Positions 25,301-34,342 of a stretch of DNA of 45,850 nucleotides are shown here, one piece after another; the first letter of the stretch is position 1, and each line of letters begins with the position of its first letter. The translations under genes and the position numbers were made by a program. The stretch is from Anaerolineae bacterium. GTDB lineage: Bacteria; Chloroflexota; Anaerolineae; Anaerolineales; UBA4823. Below the pieces are notes generated by a model. The model ran no database searches. It saw only the letters and a list, made by a program, of their open reading frames with translations, and was not told the DNA's origin. The DNA lies in NCBI GenBank assembly GCA_041481345.1, contig JBGPBQ010000002.1:1-45850 (forward strand), written 5' to 3'.

Positions 25301-25787
25301 AAAAGGAGAGCTAGAAGCTGGACTGGCAAGCATTTCAAGGGGGCTGGAGGCTTTACAGGCTATCGGAACCCGAAATGCGCTTTCCATGAAATTCACCATT
25401 CAGGCTGAAGCATTTCTCCAGAATGGTCAGGTGGAACAAGCCGCTCAAGTTCTTCAGCGGGTAGAGGATTTCATCGAAGAGACTGGAGAAGTGTTCTACC
25501 ACGCGGAAACCCTGCGTATGAAAGGAGAAATGCTTCTCCTTCAACCTTCGAGCAAGGTGGAAGAGGCCGAGGCTTGCTTCCGCCAGGCACTGCACGTAGC
25601 CAGCCAGCAGGAAGCCAAAACCCTTGAGCTGCGCGCCGCCATGAGCCTAGCGCGCCTATGGCAGGGTCAGGGACGTAATACCGAATCCCGCCAGGTGCTG
25701 GCTGTGGTGTATAACTGGTTCACCGAGGGTTTCGATACCCCTGATTTGAAAGAAGCCCGCGCCTTGCTTGAAGCATTGAATGAGTGA
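22305..25787 (+). CDS. SARP/BTAD-family transcriptional regulator fused to a AAA/NTPase domain and TPR repeats (AfsR-like)
   Basis: OmpR-type wHTH (ESNKVRALLAYLAVE..RRKLSALLWPE), BTAD (AAELYRGSFLEGL...EEAHRQLMRCLYFNGQRSAALAQYE), Walker A GSPGQGKT, Walker B LLLFVDDLQWAD, and a long TPR-like C-terminus. The frame is open from 22251, and LLEIRLLGSFQV looks like the native N-terminus. The true start may therefore be CTG at 22290 rather than TTG at 22305. Confidence 0.85.
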   Translation: MLGSFQVTQGETPLAGFESNKVRALLAYLAVEANRSHQRRKLSALLWPEFPESTALSNLRYALSNLRKVIGDRSAQPAYLEINPQTIQFNLNSSCMVDVSTFERNCTLAHQNPLDFRSLNWAAELYRGSFLEGLSIPDSIAFEEWVLLKREHLDRLAIQVFQLLASDDELSGDYQKSIYFSERQLELDPWREEAHRQLMRCLYFNGQRSAALAQYEVCRQALSTELSLKPEGETQHLYAQIYEDKLSPPLCPPDFLRHSSTLPVDQSRFVCRQKELNRLHTALDLAMAGKGQLMLVTGSPGQGKTALIQEFLHQALEARPALAVAWGNSHAYFGLGDPYLPFREILEMLTGQVEHRWEAGSITQEHARRMWRLTGYSVRALVQEGPALIGTFVSGPPLLQRAFIVAQNNPSWIDDLQLLVERQVSGPPPSQEDLFQQYWRVLAAIARQVPLLLFVDDLQWADQSSLGLLFHLSRELKSARILIVGAFRPVEELLSSRFGSPSLVTMVNELRLSHGDILINLDELEERSFIDAYLDLEPNRFDETFRNDLSRYTHSHPLFTVEMLYGMQERGDVIKNQQGEWVVSPSLNWDHLPPRVEAAIAERLRHLPQPLVDLLQTASIEGERFTAEVTAKVQGIDEQQVLMLLSADLDRRYKLVQADSSRSVNGNRLSCYRFRHILFQRYLYSQLDVVERARLHEQIGYTLEERYSSMLDENAVQLAYHFETAGIPLKAIHYLHLAGQQATRLASFEDAIIHLNKALSLLESQPGTVDKDLLELELLTNLNAPLMLARGYSSPELGTVCGRAAQLLNSIPLKPELFPKYWAFLAAYYTIRAEYQKSLATVPRGVRVAESAGDDLLIHIMNWVSGYNLLWLGELHGASSQLEKMIDFYDPLKHRELHHFYGTDPKIACLIWSSWTLWLLGYPDRALNRTQQAIDLGQILGDPDSQLVAQLLTASLRLLMREPEGSSDLIQSCSFLLAQYSRPLFSADLEFLQGFSRVQKGELEAGLASISRGLEALQAIGTRNALSMKFTIQAEAFLQNGQVEQAAQVLQRVEDFIEETGEVFYHAETLRMKGEMLLLQPSSKVEEAEACFRQALHVASQQEAKTLELRAAMSLARLWQGQGRNTESRQVLAVVYNWFTEGFDTPDLKEARALLEALNE

Positions 25788-25803
25788 AGAAAGTTTCAAA
25801 CGA

Positions 25804-25970
25804 TAGTTCGACTATACGAATGGTTCCACACTCACCTGCCCACCTACGTGGACTGCCGCCCGATCGAGGCTCACAAGATGATCCAAAACGCAGGATTTTC
25901 CATGGAAAACCGAGAAATAAGAAGCATGTGGGGGCTGCCCGTGGTATTGGCGCTGGCAAAGAAAGCATGA
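25804..25970 (+). pseudogene. Orphan 3' fragment of a methyltransferase gene (direct repeat copy B)
   Basis: Reads VVRLYEWFHTHLPTYVDCRPIEAHKMIQNAGFSMENREIRSMWGLPVVLALAKKA*. The intact gene ends VVRLYEWFHTHLPTYVDCRPIEAHLMIQAAGFRTENMHRRSMWGLPVELVIAKKV*. No 5' part is present, and the fragment begins 16 nt after the regulator stop. Confidence 0.75.
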
Positions 25971-25984
25971 GATAATAAATTACC

Positions 25985-26341
25985 GTGGAAATCTTACTAA
26001 CCATGTATGCAATGAGTGGGCTGGTCTTGGCAGGCCTGTCGGTTCCCCTCATCCTGGGTAAAATACCGCCTAACGGCTTATACGGCTTCCGCATCCCTTC
26101 CACGCTAGAGAACCCTCAACTCTGGTACAAGGTCAACGCTTACGCAGGCAGGCGCCTATTAGTAGTCGGGCTGGGCACATCGATCGGGTCAATACTCCTT
26201 TACTATACCGTCAACTCAAGTGTGGATGCCTATGCCCTGAGCTGCTTGGGCTTATTCCTGGCGTTATTCCTGTGGGCAATCATCACCAGCTTCCTGTACC
26301 TCAGGTCTGCCCAGCGGGGATCTCAGGGTGATCGATTGTAG
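25985..26341 (+). CDS. SdpI/YhfL-family membrane protein
   Basis: GKIPPNGLYGFRIPSTLENPQLWYKVNAYAGRRL lies between TM helices. GTG start. Confidence 0.55.
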   Translation: MEILLTMYAMSGLVLAGLSVPLILGKIPPNGLYGFRIPSTLENPQLWYKVNAYAGRRLLVVGLGTSIGSILLYYTVNSSVDAYALSCLGLFLALFLWAIITSFLYLRSAQRGSQGDRL

Positions 26342-26450
26342 GAATTGGTCTTAAAGTTTTCTTTCGAGAAAGCAGTAATATCCTTGCACATAATTACTGT
26401 GTGCTTTAAATCATCTCATTTCTACTCGAAGCTGTAGTAAAATCGTTGAT

Positions 26451-26903
26451 ATGACCAAAACGGATTTCTTACTTAGTTTACAGAACGGACGAAGACAGTG
26501 GCACCAGATCTGGAGAGGGATTGATCTTTTCGGCACTTCCAGCCCGCGCAGACCCGGCGAATTGAGCCTGCGCGATATTCTTTATCACGTTGCCTGGTAC
26601 GAGCGCGAAATGGTGAATATGATGAAACTGCGCTCCTTCGATGGCTCGCCCTGGTGGAACTTACCGGTTGAAGAGCGCAACACACTCATCAAGACGGAAG
26701 GTTTGACCATATCCCTGCTGCAAGCCTGGAGGGTGGAAGAGCAAGCGTTTACTGATCTGCTGGCACAGATTCAAACGCTCAGTGATGAAGAGCTGGATAA
26801 TCCCAGCTTCTTCAAGGAGATGCCTGCAGATGCGAAGCCGTGGGAAGTCATTGCCAGCAACACCTACGATCATTACATCGAGCACTTTTCCAGCATTTAT
26901 TAG
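26451..26903 (+). CDS. DinB/ClbS-like four-helix-bundle protein
   Basis: LSLRDILYHVAWYEREM and a C-terminal NTYDHYIEH. Family assignment is tentative. Confidence 0.45.
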   Translation: MTKTDFLLSLQNGRRQWHQIWRGIDLFGTSSPRRPGELSLRDILYHVAWYEREMVNMMKLRSFDGSPWWNLPVEERNTLIKTEGLTISLLQAWRVEEQAFTDLLAQIQTLSDEELDNPSFFKEMPADAKPWEVIASNTYDHYIEHFSSIY

Positions 26904-27020
26904 CTCCGCGGGAGACCACAATTTCTTCAAACCACACAAGATTCGGTTTTTCCATAGCAAATTCTAGAAAAAGTCCACTCCAGCTCCTTCAGCGAGCTGG
27001 TTTTTATTTTTTCCCTGTGA

Positions 27021-27749
27021 TTACAGCTCCGGTTCCCCATAGATGGCATCGCCATTGAAATATTTCCCGCGCAGCCTCTGCGGCAGCAGCATGGCAATGT
27101 GATGCATGACGATATCCCCCACCAACACATCCCGCTCATGGGCTGAAAGGTCAGGCGGGACATCCAACTGGTATGGGTTGCCAAATTTAAGGTTGATGCA
27201 TCCCTGCTCCTTCCACACCCCCACTGGGATGATATTCGGGCAGGATTGGCTGATCAGGTACATGAACCTGCCTACACCTGGAGGTAATCCCCCCAGCACA
27301 CCTCCCGGCTGATCTCCCCCCTCCGGCGCCATTCCGATCACTGCTTGCGGGGTTTGGCTGGCATATTTGAGCACCTCTCGCACGGCAGCTGCCCGCTGCA
27401 CGGCTTCTGCGGGGTCAGGCGGCATGGCTGGCATGGGGGTGAAGTTCACTAACCTTGCCCCACGCGGGAAAAGCCAATGGGTGAGCCCTTTGAGCCAGCC
27501 TGGATTGGTCCAGCCAGCCGTGACTACCCAGTGAATATTGACCGGGAAGACCGCACTAATGGGGATGACGAACCACCAGGCTTGAAAATCGGGCGCTGTA
27601 TAGTGGTTGACGGTGATCAAAGCTCCCTGCACAGAATTCCGCTCAGCCATCGACCTAAACAATCCCTCCGCAGCAGTCAGGTCAACCTTGGGGGCAGGAT
27701 GTAAAGTGCGAGTGAGAAAGCGGGCAATAGGTCGGAAAGGTATCGGCAT
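27021..27749 (-). CDS. Acyltransferase-like protein (PlsC/LPLAT-type motifs)
   Basis: VNHYTAPD (NHx4D) and MAPEGG motifs. Assignment is tentative. Confidence 0.45.
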   Translation of the reverse strand: MPIPFRPIARFLTRTLHPAPKVDLTAAEGLFRSMAERNSVQGALITVNHYTAPDFQAWWFVIPISAVFPVNIHWVVTAGWTNPGWLKGLTHWLFPRGARLVNFTPMPAMPPDPAEAVQRAAAVREVLKYASQTPQAVIGMAPEGGDQPGGVLGGLPPGVGRFMYLISQSCPNIIPVGVWKEQGCINLKFGNPYQLDVPPDLSAHERDVLVGDIVMHHIAMLLPQRLRGKYFNGDAIYGEPEL

Positions 27750-27862
27750 GCCGGGTTTGATGAGATGATTATAATGTTAACCATGCAGGCTTGCAATTCA
27801 TGCCCTGCCATCATACAATTACCGTACGAGTTCTATCCAGTCTGACCAAGGGAGTGATCGGC

Positions 27863-28291
27863 ATGCGACCTGAATGGGATATTTACTTTATGAAAATTGC
27901 GCATGTGGTAGCCCTGCGTAGCACGTGCGACCGTGCCTTCGTCGGCACAGTAATGGTGCTTGAAAAGCGCATTCTGACCACCGGCTTCAATGGCAGCCCC
28001 GCCGGTCTGCCCCATTGCGACGAGGTCGGTCACCTGATGATGGACGGTCATTGCGTGCGCACTATCCACGCCGAAGCCAATGCTATCATCCAGGCGGCGC
28101 TTCACGGCGTGAGCACTAAGGGTTCCACCTGTTATGTGACCCATTTCCCATGCATCCAGTGCGCCAAGATGTTGATCAATGCCGGCGTGGTGCGCATCGT
28201 ATATGACCAGGAATATCGCATCGATGAGAATACCCGCGAGTTCCTGCGCCTGGCAGATATTGAACTGGTGCGTGTGAACGGAGAGGAATGA
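27863..28291 (+). CDS. dCMP (deoxycytidylate) deaminase, ComEB-like
   Basis: HAEANAI and PCIQCAKMLINAG zinc-binding motifs. I prefer the ATG at 27863, preceded by AAGGGAG, over the track start at 27791. Confidence 0.85.
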   Translation: MRPEWDIYFMKIAHVVALRSTCDRAFVGTVMVLEKRILTTGFNGSPAGLPHCDEVGHLMMDGHCVRTIHAEANAIIQAALHGVSTKGSTCYVTHFPCIQCAKMLINAGVVRIVYDQEYRIDENTREFLRLADIELVRVNGEE

Positions 28292-28292
28292 T

Positions 28293-29438
28293 ATGGTCAA
28301 GCATCTCAAGCTGTACACCCCCGGACCCGGCGATGTGGATGAAGATGTGCTGGCCAGCCTGGCTACCCCGGTCATCCGTCACTACGGACCCGAGTGGATG
28401 GAAATCTACCATGAGACGCAAGGGTTGCTGAAGCAGGTCTTCAAAACTGAAAATGAGATCTTCTTCATCCCCGGACCGGCTTCCTCGCTGTTGGATATGG
28501 CCATCGGTAGCCTGCTCGCCAGTGGTGAAAAGATTATCGTGGGCAATAATGGTTTCTTTGGTGAGCGCCTGGGACAGATTGCGCGCGGGTATGGGTTGGA
28601 AACGGTCACCCTGCAAGCCCCCTTGGGTGAGCCTCTCGACATCGAAGATTTAAGCGAGATGCTCAAAGCCCACCCAGATGCTAAAGTGGTGGCACTGGTA
28701 CATCATGAAACTGGCACCACGGTCATGAACCCTCTGCGCGAGCTTGCCATGCTTTCCAAGAAGGCAGGTAGGGTCGTAGTAGTTGATGCAGTCTCTTCCA
28801 TGGGTGGAGCGGATGTGCGGGTGGATGAATGGGGCATCGACATGTGCGTCACCACCCCCAACAAGTGCCTGGAAGCTGTGCCGGGGATGGGCTTTATCAG
28901 CGTGTCACCATTTGCCTGGAAGCTGGTGGACAGCCACACCCAGACGAACCACGGCTGGTTTCTCAACCTGAAGACCTGGCGACAATACGCCACCGAGTGG
29001 GGCAGCTGGCACCCAACCCCGGTGACCCTGCCGACCAATATCATCCTGGCCCTGCGCACCAGCCTGTTGAAGATCGTTGCGATGGGGCTCGAGGCTCATT
29101 TTGAGAAATATCGCCGGGCCAGCAGTGCGGTGCGGGTGGGGCTGCGGTCCTTGGGCTATGAAATGTTCGTTAAGGATGAATGCGCATCACCGATCGTCAC
29201 CGGTGTCTGCCGGCGCACCGAATTCGAGCTTAATGAGCTGAGCACGTGGCTGGTGGAGCAGCGCGAGATTGCCATCGGGGGCGGCTTGGGCGAACTTTCG
29301 GGAAAGATGTTCCGCGTGGGTCATCTGGGTAAAGCCGCCACGCGTGAATACCTGATGGACTTCTTGTTTGCCATGGAAGAATTCCTGCGCTACAAGGGTA
29401 TCTGCATCAGCGTTGGTTCCAGCCTGTCAGGATTATGA
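28293..29438 (+). CDS. Class-V pyridoxal-phosphate aminotransferase (serine-pyruvate / alanine-glyoxylate-like)
   Basis: LYTPGPGDV start, VDAVSSMGG, and TTPNKCLEAVPG with the PLP lysine. Starts 2 nt after the deaminase stop. Confidence 0.8.
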   Translation: MVKHLKLYTPGPGDVDEDVLASLATPVIRHYGPEWMEIYHETQGLLKQVFKTENEIFFIPGPASSLLDMAIGSLLASGEKIIVGNNGFFGERLGQIARGYGLETVTLQAPLGEPLDIEDLSEMLKAHPDAKVVALVHHETGTTVMNPLRELAMLSKKAGRVVVVDAVSSMGGADVRVDEWGIDMCVTTPNKCLEAVPGMGFISVSPFAWKLVDSHTQTNHGWFLNLKTWRQYATEWGSWHPTPVTLPTNIILALRTSLLKIVAMGLEAHFEKYRRASSAVRVGLRSLGYEMFVKDECASPIVTGVCRRTEFELNELSTWLVEQREIAIGGGLGELSGKMFRVGHLGKAATREYLMDFLFAMEEFLRYKGICISVGSSLSGL

Positions 29439-29453
29439 TATTAGGAGTCTGGT

Positions 29454-30167
29454 TTGACTGGTCTGAGCTATTCAATTTCACCGGAAATATTTGACAAATA
29501 CCCGGGTTATGCCCGGGGGGTGGTGCTGGCGTTCGGGGTGCACAACGGTGCTTCCCCTGAAAAGCTGATCCAGCTGCTGCGTGAGGCTGAAGCAACAATG
29601 CGCGCCCAGGCACACCTGGAATCAATCGCCGAGCACCCCCGCATCAAACCCTGGCGGGAAGCGTATAAAGCCTTCGGCGCCAAGCCGAGTGAGTTCAGGT
29701 CGTCCATCGAAGCTATGGCGCGCCGGGCTCTGAGAGGGGACATGCTGCCCAGCATCAACGCCCTGGTGGATATCGGTAACATTGTCTCTTTGCAGCACCT
29801 GGTGCCGGTGGGGGGTCATTCCATAGACGAGCTCACCCAGGATATCTCCCTGCGCCTGGCGACCGGTGAGGAAACCTTCGTCCCATTCGGCTCCACGGAA
29901 ATCGAGCATCCCTTGCCCGGTGAGGTGATTTTCGTCGAAGGGAACACGGTGCTTACCCGCCGTTGGACCTGGCGCCAGGCGAATTACACCCTCACCCTCC
30001 CCGAGACGCGTAGCCTCGAGATCAACATCGACCGCCTGCCCCCGGTGGAGCTGGAGGAGGTGCATGCCATCGCTAACCAGGTGATGGGTTTGGTCGAGGA
30101 GTACTGCGGGGGAAAGCTGCGCTACGATATTTTAAATGCTGATAACAGGCAAATTAAGCTGGAATAA
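29454..30167 (+). CDS. B3/B4 tRNA-binding-domain protein (PheT-related)
   Basis: KPSEFRSSIEAMARRALRGDMLPSINALVDIGNIVSLQHLVPVGGHSIDEL. Confidence 0.7.
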   Translation: MTGLSYSISPEIFDKYPGYARGVVLAFGVHNGASPEKLIQLLREAEATMRAQAHLESIAEHPRIKPWREAYKAFGAKPSEFRSSIEAMARRALRGDMLPSINALVDIGNIVSLQHLVPVGGHSIDELTQDISLRLATGEETFVPFGSTEIEHPLPGEVIFVEGNTVLTRRWTWRQANYTLTLPETRSLEINIDRLPPVELEEVHAIANQVMGLVEEYCGGKLRYDILNADNRQIKLE

Positions 30168-30214
30168 TTGTTTGATTTTCCAACTACATAAAAATCTCAA
30201 TGTCATGAAATAAA

Positions 30215-30490
30215 CTAATGGATCGGTGCGCCACATTGCGGGCAATGCATCCAATTGGTTTGCAACCCAGCGCCACAATGTGCACAGTAACGTGCAGCGG
30301 TTGTCGCATCGGAGGATGAGCTGTTCATTTTTCGATCAACCTGTGGCTGCTCAATTATTGGTGATACGTTCAATGACCGGTTTTGAAAGAATCCGGCGGC
30401 TGCCATCAGGATCAAAATAACTCCCATGATCGGCAAGCCGATCATGAGCACCATTATTAACCATCCAAACCCAAATGTTCCGAACATCAT
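30215..30490 (-). CDS. Zinc-ribbon membrane protein
   Basis: N-terminal TM segments and a C-terminal YCAHCGAGLQTNWMHCPQCGAPI. Confidence 0.55.
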   Translation of the reverse strand: MMFGTFGFGWLIMVLMIGLPIMGVILILMAAAGFFQNRSLNVSPIIEQPQVDRKMNSSSSDATTAARYCAHCGAGLQTNWMHCPQCGAPIH

Positions 30491-30668
30491 ATCAAATCTC
30501 CCAACGAACCTTGCATTCTATACCTAGAATACTAGACCATTTCCTTGGCGCAGTTTGAAGCACTAAGGTATCCGCTTTATAGCTGATGACCCAGAGAACC
30601 TAAAATTCCTCTAGGCTCTGAGTAAAGAAAACTTACCATACGGTGTACTTATGACAGCACGGTTATGA

Positions 30669-30860
30669 TCAGGCGGAATGCTCGTGCTGGTGGTGGTGTT
30701 CATCACTCTGCATCCCAGCTTTGGCATACTTCTGCGGTTCCTTGTCGAAATCCCGTTTGCAACCGGGCGAACAAAAGTAATACGTTTTCCCCTGGTAAAT
30801 TGATGTATATTCTGCAGTCTTCGGGTCAACGTCCATCCCGCATACCGGGTCTTTTTCCAT
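30669..30860 (-). CDS. YHS-domain metal-binding protein with His-rich tail
   Basis: DPVCGMDVDPKTAEYTSIYQGKTYYFCSPGCKRDF, and tail DEHHHQHEH. Confidence 0.8.
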   Translation of the reverse strand: MEKDPVCGMDVDPKTAEYTSIYQGKTYYFCSPGCKRDFDKEPQKYAKAGMQSDEHHHQHEHSA

Positions 30861-30925
30861 AAGGTTATTTCCTTCCTTGTAACAATTTGGTTATAGCACA
30901 AATTCATTAATTCCAAATTAACTCG

Positions 30926-31357
30926 CTAACGATCAATGCTCTGTCCTGCTTGCTCCCAGGCTGCCATGCCACCGACCAGGCTGAAGATATGAGTATAGCC
31001 CAGGCCTACAAGGGTTTCAGCCGCAATGCTGCTCATCCGCCCGCTGCGGCAGTACAGGACGATCCTGGCATTCTCATCCGGTAGTTTATCCAGGTTCTGG
31101 GCGATCTGGTCATATGGAATCGAAAGATCGGTGTGGGCGATGTTCCCTTCGAAGGGGATATGCACGTTCACCAGAGTGAAATCCTTGTTCGCTAGCAAAG
31201 TCTGCAACTCGCTAACGCTGATATCCGTGTAACCGCCTCCTGCAACTGAGACAGGCTTCCCAACCACTCCCACCGCTGCCTGCGGCGACTGGGTGGGGCT
31301 GCATGCTGTTAGCAGCAAAATTGCCAATATTGTGGTTATTACTATCGATCGAGACAT
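30926..31357 (-). CDS. Rhodanese-domain lipoprotein
   Basis: Lipobox LLLTAC and active-site loop YCRSGRMS. Confidence 0.8.
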   Translation of the reverse strand: MSRSIVITTILAILLLTACSPTQSPQAAVGVVGKPVSVAGGGYTDISVSELQTLLANKDFTLVNVHIPFEGNIAHTDLSIPYDQIAQNLDKLPDENARIVLYCRSGRMSSIAAETLVGLGYTHIFSLVGGMAAWEQAGQSIDR

Positions 31358-31470
31358 CCTCTCAACTCCTATCCTGATACCGATATGCTATGCTTTACCC
31401 ATAAATATCCCGCTGCTGGCGACTGAGTTCCCACCAAAGCCTGGTCCACGCGTTTTGCCTGAAGGATGAT

Positions 31471-31878
31471 TCAAACGCTGCTTTTCAACGCCTCCAGCAC
31501 CGCCCTCAGGCTGGTTTTTACTTCCTGAGGGAATCCCACCATCGAAAGTTTCGTCGCTTCGTCGACCACGCTGAACATCACCTCAGGGTCCTGGATGCTC
31601 ACTTCTACGCCATCCGGGTCTTGCCAGAGCACCACATTACACGGCAGGAGCAGACCGATGGATTCGTCCGCCGAGAGTGCTTGATAGGCGAAGCGCGGGT
31701 TGCAGGCTCCCAGGATCAGGTAGGGCTTGAAATCCACGCCCAGCTTTGCTTTCATGGTCTTCTGCATATCAATTTCGGTAATCACCCCAAAACCTTGTGT
31801 CTTGAGCGCTTCTACAACGTGTTCCTTTACCACCTCGAGGGTCCCGTTGAGTTTTATACTCATCCCATAACTTGACAT
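31471..31878 (-). CDS. DUF302-domain protein
   Basis: GFGVITEIDMQKTMKAKLGVDFKPYLILGACNPRFAYQAL. Confidence 0.75.
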   Translation of the reverse strand: MSSYGMSIKLNGTLEVVKEHVVEALKTQGFGVITEIDMQKTMKAKLGVDFKPYLILGACNPRFAYQALSADESIGLLLPCNVVLWQDPDGVEVSIQDPEVMFSVVDEATKLSMVGFPQEVKTSLRAVLEALKSSV

Positions 31879-31890
31879 AATCCTATCCTC

Positions 31891-33654
31891 CTATTTTTGA
31901 TCTGCTTCATACGGCTGCACAGGTAAAGTAACCGTCAGGCTGGTGCCCTTGCCTGCTGAAGACTTTATAGATAATGTGGCGCCAATTAGCTCTGCCCGCT
32001 CATGCAGTCCGAGCAACCCAAAATGACCCTTGGCGGCGTATTCCGCCGGGTTGTCCGGCAAATTGAAACCCAGCCCATTGTCAACCACCTGTAAAGTCAC
32101 TGCATTTGACGAGAAATTTATACTTAGCGATGCCCACTGCGCATGGGCATGCCGGGTGATATTACTGCAGGCTTCTTGTGCCATCCGGTATAGCGCAAGT
32201 TCGGTCGAAGCCGGCAGCCGTCTTTCGATTCCCTGATGGTGGAACTCCATGCTCGCACTCATCCCATCGCCAGTCTCACGCGCCAGCATCTCGAGCGCAG
32301 GCACCAGACCCAGGTCTTCCAGGTACACCGGTCGCATTGCCCGGGTGAGCCGGCGCAGGTTCTCAATCGTCTGCTCGGTTAGCAACATGATCTCATTCAA
32401 TTCGTCTGATTCAGGGGCGGGCTCGCGTGAAGCTGACTGATGCCCAAGCTGGGCCAGCTGCACCCTCTGCTTGAGGGCAATCAATGCCTGTAGGGTGTCG
32501 TCATGCAGCTCACGTGCCAGACGGCGGCGCTCATCCTCCTGAGCCTCGGTAATCGCACCGATGTAGCCATGTAGGCTGCGTTGGGCCTCATCGACCTTAT
32601 CTGCCATCTGGATCAGCTCTTTTTGCAATTGCTGTATCTCGGCAATCCCGCCCACCGGCTCCTGGATGGTCTTAAAATCTCCCGCTGCCAAGGTGGCGGT
32701 CTTGGATTCCAAGGCGCGCAGCGGTCTGACCACCTGGCTTGCCCCAAACCACAGCGCCAGCAGCATGATAAGCACCGCCGGAACGAGCACCAATGGGGCA
32801 ATTTGCGAACTTTGTAAGGTGGGTGTGGAGACGGCTTGCCAGGATTCTTCGGTGATCAACGCCCACGCTGCTGCAGGCACCGGGCTGTATGCCGTCACAT
32901 GCTCATCACCGCCGACTTTCACGTAAGCTGTACCGCTCTTGCCTTGCAGGGCTTCCGCCACTCCCGGGTGTTGCGCACTTCGGTCGCTAAAACCCCCAGC
33001 GTTATACAGAATCTGGTTATCCGCCCCTACCAGCATGATCGACAGCTGCCCGTCTGAGGGTAGGATATCGCCAAGGGTCGATTCGACCAGTTTGTTAACC
33101 GAAAACGCCCCCAACAGCAAATTATTATTACCAAGCCTGGTTGAGATCAATCCAATCGAAGTTGTGTTACCAGAGAGCTGGGTTACCACTAGCTTGCCAG
33201 GTTGTGCCGCCAGGCGGGCAAATACCGCCGGCCAATTTAGGTTCTCCGCAGTCAACTCAGTCATCACTTGAGGATCTCCCTGGATAGAGACTTGCTCCCC
33301 ATGCGGGCTGAATATCGCCACACCGGCATCGAAATCGGGCATCAGGGAGCTTATGCTAGCCAGGGTGGTGGTGATTGGTTGGGAGGAATTCGCTGAGAGC
33401 AGATCCGCGATGATTTGCATTTCTTTCATCCGGTAATCTACCTGGGCATTGAGCGCGCTTGCTGCGGTACGCACAGCCCTTGCATCCCTCTCACCCACTA
33501 TATTGCGCATGGCTTGTTGGTGGATGCTGAGGCTGCCGAAGGTGATCGCCACTAATAGGAGCGTCAGCGGTAGCAAGATTATCGCAAATAGCTGCAGCAC
33601 CAATCCCAGGGCAGGCAGCTTAATCCCGAACTTTGGGCGCTTGGACGCCTTCAT
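31891..33654 (-). CDS. Sensor histidine kinase (HisKA_3 / NarX-type) with periplasmic sensor and HAMP domains
   Basis: ERRRLARELHDDTLQAL H-box and HATPase motifs (DNGLGF, GLLGLHERAELIGATL). Two TM segments flank a domain of about 270 aa. I prefer the start at MKASKRPKF (33654), 10 nt after the regulator stop, over the track start at 33819. Confidence 0.85.
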   Translation of the reverse strand: MKASKRPKFGIKLPALGLVLQLFAIILLPLTLLLVAITFGSLSIHQQAMRNIVGERDARAVRTAASALNAQVDYRMKEMQIIADLLSANSSQPITTTLASISSLMPDFDAGVAIFSPHGEQVSIQGDPQVMTELTAENLNWPAVFARLAAQPGKLVVTQLSGNTTSIGLISTRLGNNNLLLGAFSVNKLVESTLGDILPSDGQLSIMLVGADNQILYNAGGFSDRSAQHPGVAEALQGKSGTAYVKVGGDEHVTAYSPVPAAAWALITEESWQAVSTPTLQSSQIAPLVLVPAVLIMLLALWFGASQVVRPLRALESKTATLAAGDFKTIQEPVGGIAEIQQLQKELIQMADKVDEAQRSLHGYIGAITEAQEDERRRLARELHDDTLQALIALKQRVQLAQLGHQSASREPAPESDELNEIMLLTEQTIENLRRLTRAMRPVYLEDLGLVPALEMLARETGDGMSASMEFHHQGIERRLPASTELALYRMAQEACSNITRHAHAQWASLSINFSSNAVTLQVVDNGLGFNLPDNPAEYAAKGHFGLLGLHERAELIGATLSIKSSAGKGTSLTVTLPVQPYEADQK

Positions 33655-33664
33655 AAACTTACTT

Positions 33665-34342
33665 TCATTCTTCGGCAATGGTTCCGATGGTCTGCGAAAT
33701 CCACCCCAATGAGACCGCCCGCATAACCGCCTCAGTGCGGCTGCCGGCTTGCAGCTTGTTGAAGATATGCGCCAGGTGTCCCTGGACGGTACGGTCACTG
33801 ATGCCAAGCTGCACACCAATGGCTTTGTTGGTATAGCCTTTGGCGGCTAGTGAGAGCACTTCCAGCTCGCGTTCGGTTAGCTGCTCCACTTGCACGGCTT
33901 CCCTTGGTTGGCTGAGCTGAGCCAGCAGCTTTTGTGTGATTGTTGGGTCTAAAACCGATTTACCGGCGTACACATCGTGCACCGCCTGGATGAGATCAGA
34001 CGGGGAGGCAGTCTTCAGCACATAACCGTTCGCACCCGCCTGTAAAACGGCCAGCACATACGGGTCATCGTCGTATGCCGTCAGGATCAACACACCCACT
34101 GTGGGGAAATTTGCCCTCACCCAACGCGTGACTTCAATCCCACTGTACTTCGGCATTTGAATGTCGAGCACCGCAACATCCGGCTGGCGCTGGCGGATCA
34201 GACTCTGCGCCATCTCGCCGTCATCGGCTTCAGCTATCACCTGGATATTGCCGGCACGTTCCAGGTATTGGCGGATGCCTGCCCGGACGATGGCATGATC
34301 GTCAGCCAGGAGAACAGCGATAGGGTCAGTTTCAAGTGTCAT
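33665..34342 (-). CDS. NarL/LuxR-family response regulator
   Basis: REC domain (LLADDH, DVAVLDIQMP, the T in ILTAY, the K in VLK) plus LuxR HTH (LTERELEVLSLAAKGYTNKAIGVQLGISDRTVQGH). Confidence 0.9.
   Translation of the reverse strand: MTLETDPIAVLLADDHAIVRAGIRQYLERAGNIQVIAEADDGEMAQSLIRQRQPDVAVLDIQMPKYSGIEVTRWVRANFPTVGVLILTAYDDDPYVLAVLQAGANGYVLKTASPSDLIQAVHDVYAGKSVLDPTITQKLLAQLSQPREAVQVEQLTERELEVLSLAAKGYTNKAIGVQLGISDRTVQGHLAHIFNKLQAGSRTEAVMRAVSLGWISQTIGTIAEE

Noticed and set aside
20996-25803. Classical integrase-bearing genomic island or prophage
   Set aside because: The att-like repeats are present, but no tyrosine/serine recombinase, transposase or phage gene lies between them. The region is therefore reported only as a repeat-flanked cassette of uncertain mechanism.
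33655-33819. N-terminal extension of the histidine kinase ORF
   Set aside because: It overlaps the 3' end of the response-regulator gene in another frame. The start at 33654 gives a normal basic N-terminus followed by a TM helix.
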